A program made the translations under genes and the position numbers. The notes under the pieces are model-generated. The model was given only the letters and a program-made list of their open reading frames with translations. It had not been told where the DNA came from and made no database searches. A stretch of DNA of 61,139 nt, counting the filler, from Sluysia triapertura (Eukaryota), in assembly GCA_046118255.1 (NCBI GenBank). It is 5 parts of 5 records of this genome, joined end to end, with 100 filler letters (N's around TTAATTAATTAA, not from the genome) between each part and the next. Parts side by side here need not be neighbours in the genome. Positions count along the whole stretch, not along the records: positions 11,250 to 23,524 come from JBJNIA010123857.1; positions 23,625 to 36,746 come from JBJNIA010058210.1; 3 more parts are not named here. One strand, given 5' to 3'. Shown here one piece after another: positions 13,388-25,860 of this stretch; position 1 is the first letter of the stretch, and the number at the start of each line of letters is the position of its first letter.

Positions 13388-13782
13388 TGTGTCAGACAGA
13401 AGCATTATTTTAAACTCTTGTTCAGTTTGGTTACGAATCAATTGCTAGACAGTGTCGATAGATCCAGATTCATTAAACCGAACATTGTGATACAAATTCC
13501 CGGCTCTTTGTACTTTTGCGAATCTTTGGTGGAATCTATTGTGATACTATACAAACTTCCGGTTCTCGTAAACTTTCTGTGACATCTATTTGATCTCATA
13601 ATTGGATAGATCATAAGTTTTATCTTTAACTAAGTTAAGGATCAATATTCAACGAAAAATTTTAACAATTTGTAGCTAGGTTAAAGCTATCATTAAGACC
13701 ATTGTAAAATATCAATAAAAATATTAATAGAAATTTTAATATTCCAGATTCGTTATATTATAAAATTATATTGTTTGACACA
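13388..13782 (+). mobile_element. Probable 3' LTR (395 bp)
   Basis: Ends TGTGTCAGACA...TGTTTGACACA (10/11 inverted match, TG...CA). Preceded by purine tract GGAGAAA; internal AATAAA at ~13714 and an internal ~58-bp duplication at 13484-13590. Confidence 0.6.
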
Positions 13783-14657
13783 TAACGTGCTATGTCATTC
13801 ACTTTTACGTTCAGTGTCATTCATGTGTGCATGACAGTAAAAAAATTAAAAATGTATAGAGTTTATCAAAATATAATAGAAATTAATTAAATCATACCTT
13901 CAAAAAAAATCTAATACAAATATTACCACATGGCAATTTTGTCATATTTCACCGATCAGTGCCTAGCACGCAATGTGTTAACTATATTTTTATTAAAGTC
14001 AAGACTATTACACTTTACTCATCTTTAAAGTTTCAGGTTTTTATTTATATCTGCATGGTATTATTTGTCTAGCATTTGTCATTGATGAACATGATCTCAA
14101 AGAATGGTAGTAACTGCTGCTGTTAACACTGATGTTATTGAACTTGACTTCAAAAAATTTGCAATAATGATGATTGTGAATTGTCGTTTTGAAATCGACT
14201 TTTAACAGAAAATGGATTGTGAATCAATATAACTTGACAGTTTACTATCCGATTAATTTAGTGAAGTAACTAATGTTGAATTGATTTGCTTTTGTTATTG
14301 ACATGGGAATATATTATGTAGAAAAGAATTAAAAGGAGATAATAGAAAACGTGAGTTTAGAAGACAGTTAGATAGGAGGTTAAGGAGAAGTGAATATGAG
14401 TAAGAGAAAGAGTTATAAAAGAAAGTTAGTGAAATGGGAGGTGTTTAATAGAAATTTCATTTCTTTTTATTTTTGAATTTTAAACAAATTTAGTAAATTT
14501 TGATGTGATAAGTGATTTTTGTGTAGATTCAAATATGTGTTGCGTGTTAAAATCTTGTTTAATGGTGCTGGCCGCCACAAAGACATTATTGGATCAGTTA
14601 ATTAAGTACAATACTTATAATTAAGTAAAATCAAAATTATAAAAATTATTGTCATTA

Positions 14658-14740
14658 CCGTGTTTCTCCGAAAATAAGACCTAACATGATGTTTCAGGAT
14701 GATTTTAATTTTAGACTTACCCCTAAAATAAATCCTGGTT
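14658..14740 (+). mobile_element. pogo/Tigger-like MITE terminus
   Basis: TA followed by CCGTGTTTCTCCGAAAATAAGACC. An inverted relative lies at ~29775-29850 on another contig. Confidence 0.65.
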
Positions 14741-15788
14741 GATAGCCGATTAGGATACCTAATAAAAATAAAGGAATGTATTCTTTAGCATATACCTCTG
14801 TATTTAAAGCACAATTAGCTTTAAATTACAATATGTTCTGAGATTTTAATTGTCAAAGCATCCTGATTCTATGATGACTGTAACTAACTATAACAAGATT
14901 CTGATTGTGATTCACTTCATACAATCCTTAAAGTAAGATTTTATTAGAAATTATAAAAGCATTTCTCATTTGCTACACAATATCCATAAGAATGACTTAA
15001 AATAATAACATTCAGTTAAATGAAAGCGCCGCAGAAACTTTGGAATCCACTGACTTGCAAGACATTTCACTGGGCGATGATATGATCATTTTTGAATGAT
15101 TCATAGTTAGTGGTTTTTAAACATAAAACGTGTTATTCATTTGTAAATGTAGATAGGTTTTCGTGTTTTTTTGTATATGTAAAAATTATGAAATATATTT
15201 GTATAATGTGTCAATTAATTCAGTTAACTTGTTTAAAGTTTGTCTTTAGATTTCATCTTATCGTAACTTTAATGTAAAATGTTGAAATGGTTGTATTGAA
15301 AGATGTTTACAAATTTGAAATAATAATCATTAATAAAAGCTTTTTTATCGGTTAGAAAAATAAAAGTTTTAATTTTTAATAATATAATTACCAAATTACT
15401 AAAATCTTTAATATAAAAATGGGTCTTAAGGACTCTTACTTTATCAAAATTTAATTCGCGAATAAAAAAATAGGTTTTGGTTAATTTATTATATAACACA
15501 ACTTTTAGACAAAAATTTCAGGATAAAAATCAAGAGAATAAAATAGCTTACTAATAACACATAAAATTTGGTAATTTTTGACATTTACGAACATTGTCTG
15601 ATGAGCCGAGTGAAGCTTGTGGTGATGATAATACATGATAACGAATAGAATGATAAATATGTTGATTGATAGAATTAATGTTATTATAATTATGAAAATG
15701 AGCAATAATACGATAATCATTGCAACAAAAACTAATGAATGGGTAGTATCTAAATGATGTTATATACACTTCGTATGGTGCTGAAATA

Positions 15789-16214
15789 TTACATTTTGGT
15801 ATACATTTTGTTTGGTACTAAATGTTCATTATTACTAATATTACTACTAAGTCTGTTGTCTAAATTGTGATAAAATCTAGGATCTTTATAGTTAGGACGA
15901 TCAAGAGAAAATTCAATTCGTGAAGAAAATACATTTAAATCATTACCATGACGATTACGTACAACATCTTGAGCATAACGTTTATCATTAAAAACAGCAA
16001 AAATAAAAGGTAGTCCATTAGGAATTTTAATATCTATATCATTGTTTATATAAAAGCTTAAAACACCAAAAATGTTTGTTAAATTCTGATACTGAACAAT
16101 CTGTTGACATGAAGACATGGTAACATTTGAGATTAAATTAGAAATTGTCTTTAGTAGTTTCCTATCTGATGTACAACTCATTCTGGAAGTAATTAAATAA
16201 AATGGCTGCTGCAA
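15789..16214 (-). pseudogene. Degenerate SRSF1/SRSF9-like RRM fragment
   Basis: DIDIKIPNGLPFIFAVFNDKRYAQDVVRNRHGNDLNVFSSRIEF compared with SRSF1 [45 protein letters not shown]. No second RRM or RS domain is readable. Confidence 0.65.
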
Positions 16215-18100
16215 AATTTTCAGGCAATCTAGATTTTTTTAATCAATTAATTTTTATTATTTATTTTTAATGTATTATAATTATTAAATTTTAATTATAG
16301 GGTGGATCACTACAATCCAATATGACTCTGTTTAAGTCATAAATTAATAGCGTCTTTCAGATCTTCTTTTGACTGCTTAAAGTTTGCTTAAGGTGATTGA
16401 GCTAAACTTTATGCTCTGAACTGTTCTAACTGAATGTTCATTAGTGCACAAGCAATATAAATTACAAAATCTCCTTTTCTTCTGAGTTTTTCAAATTGTT
16501 TAACGAAATTCGAACGGTATTCACTGCGGTAACATTAGATGCCACAAAATCAACAAGTATCACGCTATTTGAAATTATTTCATCTTCTTCCTGTATCATT
16601 CTCCAAATAAGTTTCATCCTTGAAGCATATCTTAATTAAGGAATATGAAAGGTTTGGTTTTGGGATGGTTGTAATATTTGATGATAGTAAAATCTTTTTT
16701 AGAAAATTATTATAATCACTAATTTTAATTAATTTCTCATTATACACTGAGGACTTAATGTCCCTTACTAAACCGAACATAAAGAAATGATTATCAAAAT
16801 AATTATAATTATTACAATTTAACAACACGTATGGGAACTTGCAAAACTAAACGTCAACATATTATTATGAAAATAAAATAACAATGTAAAATTTCATTTA
16901 TTAAAGTAAAACAGAACATGTTAATCTTTACTGAAAATATCTGGAAAATTTCCGACCCAATCTGTGCATAACTGAGAGTACAATACATTGTAACTTTTAA
17001 TTATACAACAAATAACATCTGAAGAAGTGTTTGAAATAGCAATTGACTTCTAAAAATGCATATGTAAGTACGTCATTAAAATAAATTAACTTCATTAATC
17101 CACTTAGTAAGTTGGATTAAAGTTCTGTTACAAAACAGTTCAAGCTCAACACAACTTTTTTCTTTTTATAGGCCTCATTAAGTAATAGCTCATATAAAAT
17201 TCAACACGTATGAAATCGGGCAATAAACAATTATTAAATACTCGTAGCAGAACCTTTTCAAAATTCTGAAGCCTGAATTGTAATGCATTTTACAAAATGA
17301 ACATATAAGTTTAAAATAGTAAGACACCATAAATGTTTATATAGGAGTACTTACGACTTTCAAACATTTATATCCACCTTTAATCGCATCAATATATAAA
17401 CATTTATATCCATCAGTCAACAAATAATTGTTAAGTATACTTTCATTCATAATATAATTTCATTTAAGTCGATATAAAATTTCATAAGTAAAACAAAATA
17501 TAAACACATATTTTTATCTGTTAACTTATATTTTTCTGAAACTCGGTATTCATAAATTTTACCATTATATTTCGTATAATTTTTTCCCGTATTCGATTAA
17601 CTTATAAGATATATTTAATAAATTAATTTCTTCGCAATAAAACATTTTGAAATAAAGCAATCCAATCTTACTTTAACTTGACTATAAATGAAGCATGGAA
17701 ATAATAAATATTTTCCCATCGAGAAACAGTCCACAAAATTATGATTTAATAGTGTAAACATGGAGCAACCAACAAAACCATCCCCTATTCACGATATGCG
17801 GGTATCACGAATGTGGGATCCATTAAAGTATCTCTACATCCTGTGGTGTCACAATTCAACACAACATACATATCATCCATCATCACCTTCAATTACACCA
17901 ACTATATCACGAACACTAATCACATCAACATATACAGTATCAAACTCTACCCTCTATAAACCACAAACGCCTAATAAAATCCTTTTAATAAATATTTTTA
18001 TTAAAATCTTTCATTAGCATTTTAACATATAACGCCTATTCCCACCTCATCAACACTACTGCACTACCCTTTTATTTGTGTATGTTATTATTTTTATTAT

Positions 18101-18816
18101 AAAAAAATTGTAATGGTGATAACCACGAGTATTCTGAAGTAGCTAAAGATAAATTTCAACAAAATCAAGAAGCTCTTATATCTTTAGAAGCTAACCTGAA
18201 ACTACAAGATGATGATGCTTCCGATTCACAAGTAGTCAATTCGAGTTGTACGACAGACCATTTATCATACATCGGTGAAGAAAATGACAATGATATAGGT
18301 TTAGGCAACGCACAGCCTCGTAGCTGCAGTGCAACTTCTTCCATACATGAATTTAATGGTCCTGCCGGTGCCACGCACACAACCACATTAGAATTGGACA
18401 ATGAGATGGCTTTAGAAAACGACGAAAACCGCATTTCACGAGATGAGTTTGACTGGAACGTAGACGAACCGACTATTAAACGACAAAGATTAGAAAGTGA
18501 ATCTAATGCCGATTTGATTCTGTCTTCATCTGGTAATGATGAACCGTCGACATCTATATTACGTCCACTGCTCAACAATACTTCAAATCAATATGAATGT
18601 AGACTAAATAATGATTTGAACATTGAACCAGGTCATAATCGATCTTCGAATAGTGGAACTATTGATGTCAGTAGAGAACGTTTGATGGCTGATTTACACT
18701 TGACAGACTCGGAAGGATCTTCTGATCATTTATTAGATGATGAAAATGACATTAGTAATCAAGAACAAAATGAAAACATGGAAACTAGTCAATCACTCAA
18801 TGAAGAATCAACAGAG
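18101..18816 (+). CDS. Large acidic, low-complexity exon of an unknown gene
   Basis: About 240 open codons (the frame extends upstream of 18394) with elevated GC, D/E/S/N-rich, NLS-like PTIKRQRL, and donor GAG|GTTATA at 18817. No clean acceptor AG. Confidence 0.55.
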
Positions 18817-21800
18817 GTTATATTTCAATGTATTAAATAGTTTTACTAGCTATTAAAATGCATGCCAACTTCTTTTCTTAATTGGTCAAATTAGAAATTC
18901 AGGTGTATTCACTTAGCCACAATGGTACTTTATATAAATGTGTATGCACTTTAAAATTTTAATATGTTGCGAATATCGAATTTAAATAACAATTATATTT
19001 TTAATTACAAAAATACTACTTTATTAACAGAAAAGAAATTATACTTGTCCAAAATGAAACACATTAAATGTGATACATAGTCTATCTGTTTTGTGGGCTG
19101 GTTTTTTTTCTAAGAATATTGGTTAAATAGGAATTGTAAAATTTGAAAAACTTTAGTTTTAAAGATAATGTGTTGGTTTTTTGTCTTTATTCTGTAATAT
19201 CTTCTATTATAACAGTCTGTGCTACGTTTAATCGGTCTTATTTATCAATTTAGTTTTAATCTTTAGTTTACTTTCAATAATACTAAATGTATGAACTTTA
19301 AATTTCTTCTTCTCAAGGTTTATTGTTAATATCTTAAGTTTTTCGATCTTAATAACCTTTTGCATTAGTTGGGTAATATATTAATTTTTGTGAGTGGAAG
19401 TTCTTGATCATTTAATTCAAATTAATCATTTAGACTCTATCCCTTTGAACTTAGTTAACAAATTATACTAATAAACAAAATAACAAAGAAATTTTATTGA
19501 TATAAGTAATTAAACAAAATCATTAAAGTTATTGTATACTTAAACATAAATAAAAATAATTTAATTAATTTATTTTAGTTAAATTAGGCTGCAATTAAAA
19601 GTACACTTACAATAATACAATTGGATTGCAGTTTAGTTCATAGTCTGGCCGTATCGTACAACAAAACCTGTCTGTATTCAACAATTGTTTTAATCAAATG
19701 ATTAAACTCGATTGATGACCTTTTTATAACACAGTAGGATTACGATTTAAGTCTAGTCGTATTATGTAGTAGGATGAATTGCTACAGTTTTGTCCTTGTT
19801 TTTCTGTTGTGATTTTATTGTAATTCTTCGTATTTATATTAAATCCGTACATTATTAATCACGACTACATTATTAAAATATTCACTAAATGATTTATTCA
19901 CAAATAAAATATAATGTACATATAATAAATGTACATATAATTCTCAGTTGTATTATTTGCTATTTTATTGTTAACATAACTTTAATAAAGAATTGTTCAC
20001 TATGTATATTCATAAGTAATTTATTATACAATTTAATGAAATTTAGTGCTTTATTAGAAAATTTATAGAAGTAGTATTCAACTAATATTAATATTATTAT
20101 CAATATCATTTTTAATATTAACAAATTCAAGTTCAGCCTACCACTATCATCTTATTTTGCGCACATTCAGCATAAATTAATATTCAATATTTTATGTTCA
20201 ATCATTCATGTGTTTTTGTATTTATTTAATTTAATCAAACATTACAGCAAGTATTATTACGTTTTATAACTTATTTTCAAACATTCAATTATAGTATTCA
20301 TTTACTAGCTTTCAATCATTCAATAATGAGCATTTTATTCTAAATATTTAATTTATTAAGGCATTATTAAACATTCATTTAGATTATGTTCACAAATTTG
20401 ATCAGGCATTCGATTTAGTAAACATTCAAAAGATTATATTATTCCATTACATTCACATTGAGTATTACACAGTGCATTTAAGTTTTCAAACGACCATTTA
20501 ACCACGCCACAGCTTCAGATATATTATGCATAGTATTTATTTTACTCAATAAAATTTTAGTTTAGGGTTGCTTTTCTAAAATAAAATCAAATTATTTGTT
20601 GAGTTCTTTAATTATAAACCGCGTTAATGTTAATTATTTTTTATCACTTGTTCGCTATAGAGATTTCCAGTTACCTTTATGCTGTCTTATTATTGATCTT
20701 TATTATTCCTTAATTTATTTTTTGATATCTGACTCCAATTAGCAAAGACTCTAATTGACGGTAATCTATGTATATCAAATATTTATATATGTTATCGTGA
20801 ATCCTATACTCATCTCACATGTCCGAAATTGAAGTTAAACTTTGTTAATTTAAGCTACACTTTAACTTAAATTTTATTTTTTAGTTAGTTACATTAACTT
20901 TTCTTTGTGTTATAGAATTGTTCACTTTTGTTATTATTTTTTGTTTGAGTCAATTTTCCCAGTAAAATCGGCAAAGATTTCCTAGGCCTTAAGCCAATTT
21001 TAAATTTTAATAAAAAGTTTCAAGATTTAATACTACGAAAATTGACATTAATTCCTCTTAAATTTCTCAAGCAGAAATATGTGAAGTTGGTGTCGTAGGT
21101 GGTAAATAGCAATATTCGATTTTTGGGTAAGAGTAGTTTGTGGGATACTGTAAATTTGACAGAAGTAGATATTCTTTCTACTGAAGAGGCTACGCAACTA
21201 AATGCGTCATCACTTTAGCTATTTTAAAAGTTTACAATTAAATACTTTTAGAGATGTTATGTTAAGGAATAAGTTCGAAGGTAAGATGGATCAAGTATGG
21301 CTTACCACGTCATCTTGAAGATAATTTGTATTAATATTTTTATGGTCAGAAAACCTCATAAACATAAATGTTATAAAAATAATATTATTGTAAATGTTAA
21401 GTTTTTCTGATCGATCTTTTACATAATTTAAAATCAAATTAATATTAACATCTCTCTCTATTTTGACTAAATTTTATATATATTAACCACTATTCTCCTG
21501 CCATTTGGTATTCAACTTTACTAAGATCAGTTTTTCATAAATTTATTGGGCACACGATTTTAATAATCATTATAAAGAGTGATCGGTTTATCCTAAGATT
21601 GAAATAAATTGTAACTACATTTAATAAACAAATTTACAGTAAAATTTATTTTAAACCCTTTTATAACCAGGTCCTCAGGGAAAACCGCCAAACAGTAAAA
21701 TATTTATTTAAATAAATCAGTCTCATTAGTTTTTGTGAGATATAATTGAACGGCACGATCTGGTACATACAATTATCATAAACTAATAATGAGCACTCTT

Positions 21801-23346
21801 TATTTGTGACGCTTGGCCCAGGCGAGAAAATTGGGTCGTCACGTTTATGTTAGGTTAATTCAATTATCTTTAACTTTTTGGTACAATGTAGCATGTTGTA
21901 ATGTGATATGGTGACGTAATAACTAATTGCAATATGATTATTAACTTTTAGTGTATAATTTGTACTGTTTACTTTATGAAACATTATTATTATTATTATT
22001 ATTATCTTTATTATTATTATTAATTTCTTTTAGATTAATTCTGTGAAAAATTCCGGTTCTTTTTCTTTAATAATAATCCTATCTTTGATTTTTTATCACA
22101 TGACCTTGAGATACATTAACATAGGGTAATATGCAATATATAAGAGACAGAAAAATAAAGTTGGTTTGTAGAATGGTGTTTAATGTAACACTGCTGATGA
22201 ATGGTTAAAATGACAAGATTATGAATTGCGAAATAATTAATGGTTAAGTGTTTATATTTAGGCTTACTCTTTTGTGTTGAATTGGGAATTTAAGTTTGTT
22301 TACTGTATTTATTTTTCTCTCCCATAATTTAATATATCGTTGGTTTTTGTGTAACTGGTATGAATTTAGGATTGTTTAATGAGACAAAGTTATGAGTTGC
22401 GTCATTATAATGGCTTATTTAATGACTTCTAAATGGATTTACTGAGGTATGTTGCAATCTTTAATATTTGTAGGTCGAGTTTGTAAGGTGTGAAATTTCT
22501 TTTCATTGTTGGTATTTGGTGTTGTTGAAGTGTGGATCTCGTGAATTCAATGGTCTACATTGTACTCTTGCTTTGATATTGATTTGTTTGAGTTTGTGGA
22601 TGATTTATATGGTGAATTTGTCTAATGTAATGTTATTGTTTAAAATTTAAAATGTTTTATTTTTAAGTGTGAAATGTTTAAGCATTACATGATTTAAATT
22701 TGGAACTTTGTTAAATACGCTAATTGTTACGTATTTGTTATATGCTGATTGTAGTGAGGGCTTTTGAATAAATTAATGTAATATTATCGCTACTATTTTC
22801 AATGTCGAAGGTACGATAATAAATGACTGTTTTTCTAGAACGAACTAGTGCTATTTCAAAGTCAGGTAAACAACTCACGGACCTGTTGTGCTCTTTTCTA
22901 AAACTAAGACTATTATTTAAATGCGATAGTATTTGTATAACGAGTCCGTCATTATATTTTTGCTCTAGTGTAACTTCACTAGTTATCATGACTAAAATTG
23001 ACCTATTAATTCTTATTGAATAGCTCTTATATCTATTCGTAACTGCACTTTTACTATACGTCGTCTTGCTAGTAGTTGACAAAAATATTAGTAGTTTATT
23101 CCTACTCAAAATTGCTAAAGTTTCGTGAACATTAATAAAATATAAGACGTAAATATAAAATTTAACATTTAGAACATTTATTTTTATTTTGCACAAAAAG
23201 AAAATTTTAGAATCATTCTTGATGTTTTTCCTCTGGGTCTCCCTCGTCCTGGTTTCTAGTTCATTGTATAAGGTTCTAAAATTACAATAATAAAAAGTAA
23301 GATAATAAATATTTACAAATATATATACAGCATTAAAAATACTACC

Positions 23347-23524
23347 TTCGTAACTACCGAGTGTCTTCATAACCAAGCTAGGTAACATCTCTTCTGTAAA
23401 CTTCATTAGATCCTCATGATTAGCGTATATAACGTAAAATTCGCACATTGTGAATTCTAGGTTGTGAGTTAGATCTGCGTTTTCATTAAGCCATGGTTTA
23501 CTAATTTCGATAACACGAGGAAAG
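23347..23524 (-). pseudogene. KARS: Degenerate lysyl-tRNA synthetase exon fragment (class II motif 2 region), cut by the contig end
   Basis: FPRVIEISKPWLNENADLTHNLEFTMCEFYVIYANHEDLMKFTEEMLPSLV compared with LysRS [49 protein letters not shown]. The motif-2 arginine is lost. Confidence 0.8.
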
Positions 23525-23624
23525 NNNNNNNNNNNNNNNNNNNNNNNNNNNNNNNNNNNNNNNNNNNNTTAATTAATTAANNNNNNNNNNNNNNNNNNNN
23601 NNNNNNNNNNNNNNNNNNNNNNNN
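23525..23624. other. Artificial contig-joining linker
   Basis: N44-TTAATTAATTAA-N44. Confidence 0.98.
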
Positions 23625-23899
23625 GTTTCTTTCATATTTAGCGGTTTGAGTTTCATTTTCATTTTACATTTTACAGATACGATATTTTCAAAAGAATTTC
23701 TCTGTTGGTTCCACTATAATATTAAATGCTCCTGGAAGAAAAATCCAGAGTTACCATAATTGAACCTTATTATTGATTAGATCAACACGTTTAGATGATG
23801 TACTAGTTATTAAACAGCAACATATTGTTATTATTAATACAGAGTCAGAAATATATTAGATTGAGATTGTTTTCATTCTTATTATTGAGATCTGTACTT

Positions 23900-25860
23900 C
23901 GTACATTTTTTTACATCAATTTCTACGCACGTGCATTATGTTTTCTATGTCTTCGAATTTTTAAATTTTGTTCAATTACATCTTTTACCACATAGGACCA
24001 TCATAAGGTTTGTATAATTTAGGACTTATTCCTTTTTCACCTTTTTTATGTACTTAAGGTTTTAGTTTTCTATCGTGATATTCTTTATATGATTCTTGAT
24101 TAAATTTAACATTAAGTTTCGCTCTCATCCAAACTTCTTTTATTCTTTCCTTCATGTCCTGTTGCAAGTGGTTAATTTATGAAAGCTTAAACCTACACTT
24201 ATAAAATGACTCTGGAGGTGAATTCGCCTAATAAGCATGGCTTAAATCTAAAAAGAAGGCGTCCCATTAGGATTTGAAATTTAGTCACTTACTAACTAGG
24301 ATGTTTTGTAGTTTGAGATGTCTACTAGATTAAGTATTAAAATTTATACAAAGCGACAATTTTATTCATTTAAACCTATGCTAGTACTTTAAGTTAGCAT
24401 TATTACGGTCCAGCAAAAATAATCAAATAATTTGGATTTTAAGTTAGCCTTTTACGGTCTAACAAAATATGTATTAATTTTAAATTTTAAAATCTTTTAC
24501 TTTAATAGCAAAATATAAAAATTATAAAATGTAAAAATATATTTTCATCATAGACAGTAATTATACAAATGTTTACAAAACAAGTATAAAGAACAAAATA
24601 TTAAATATAATAATAATAAAGAATTTACCACTTAAATTTCTTTGGTAGAGTAATTTTACATTACAAGCTAACTTACCCTTTAAGGTCTAAGATAAATGAT
24701 TAGATTTTAAGTAAAACTTTAAATTTCCCAAGTTACGGTGAGAACCATGAACTTAGAAAGAAACACTCTTACTTTCATGAAAATTTTTCTTCCACGATTT
24801 ATAACCTGATAATTAAATTTTTTCTGCGAATATGGCTGCTAAAATCCATTACATATATAATTAAATTTTAGCCACAATATTTGTTTTTATTTTTTATTTA
24901 TTAATTCCATTTAACAAAATAGATCATTTAAACAATAAGAAAAATAAATTTTTTTACATTAATATTTATTTTTTATTTCAACTAATTTAATTCTTAAAAT
25001 TTTTTTATTAATTTACAAAAATAATGATTAATAATTCGATAGTAACATATTTATTTTAATTGTAATAATAAATATAAAATTTAGAATAAAATAAAGGATA
25101 ATAAAATGAAACATAAAATAATAAATAATATAAATTTACACAGTTAGATAATCAAAAATTAGCTAATTAAAAATTTAGTCCTCACATTATAAATAGTTCT
25201 TTTGATCCTTATATTTAGATCTATTTGGTGTTAAAGTTAAATCCACTGGTAATCGTGATTCTCGTAAATACATAAGATAAAAATGAGTTTCTTTAGTTGC
25301 TTCATGAATTACATTTCTATATACTCATCCCAATTGTTCGGATAATCATTTGTGAATATTGTCAACATTTGTGTTAATGTTCTATTGAATCTTTCAACCA
25401 AACCATCAGTTTCAGGATCATAAGCAGAAGTATAACGCTTATGAAGTTGGAAAAATGTTTGAATTTCTATGATAAGTTCACTCAAAAAATTCGCCTCTTT
25501 ATCTGCAATTACCCTTTTGGGAGCTCCAAAACGAAATATAATTTCTTCAGTAATCACTTTTGCTAGTGTTTCAGCTCTCTGATCAGGTATAACTTTCGCT
25601 TCAGGTCACCTTAAAAAAATCTGAATAGACTAAAATATATTTATTAACTTTTATAAAATATCAACTGCTGTCATTTCCATAGGCGCTGCTGGCTTTAATA
25701 ATGCTTAATCGGTATTTTTCCTTTCATTTGTCCACAGATTTCACATTACATGTACCATTTTTTTAACATCTTTTAAATTAGTCCAAAATTATTTTCGCAT
25801 AATAGCTAAAATAGTCTTCTTAGCTGAAAAATGACCGCTCATAATACCAGTTATCACTTC
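23900..25860 (-). mobile_element. Degenerate Ty3/Gypsy integrase region, interrupted by a solo LTR
   Basis: GHFSAKKT (zinc-binding region); FGAPKRVIADKEANF...TSAYDPETDGLVERFNRTLTQML (rve core); LPVDL; then after the insertion QDMKERIKEVW...GISPKLYKPYDGP (GPY/F). Confidence 0.9.
24163..25186. mobile_element. Solo LTR (1024 bp) nested in the Gypsy integrase
   Basis: Ends TGCAAGTGGTTAATTT...AAATTTAGTCCTCACA. Flanks CTGT/TTAT could be a decayed 4-bp TSD. Removing the insert plus one flank restores an in-frame KNYLQDMKE. Confidence 0.7.

Noticed and set aside
21060-21200. Possible pogo HTH/DDE scraps (IYSIPQTTL, YLPPTT), and hAT-like scraps at ~17200 and ~58960
   Set aside because: Motifs are too short and degenerate to support a call by eye.
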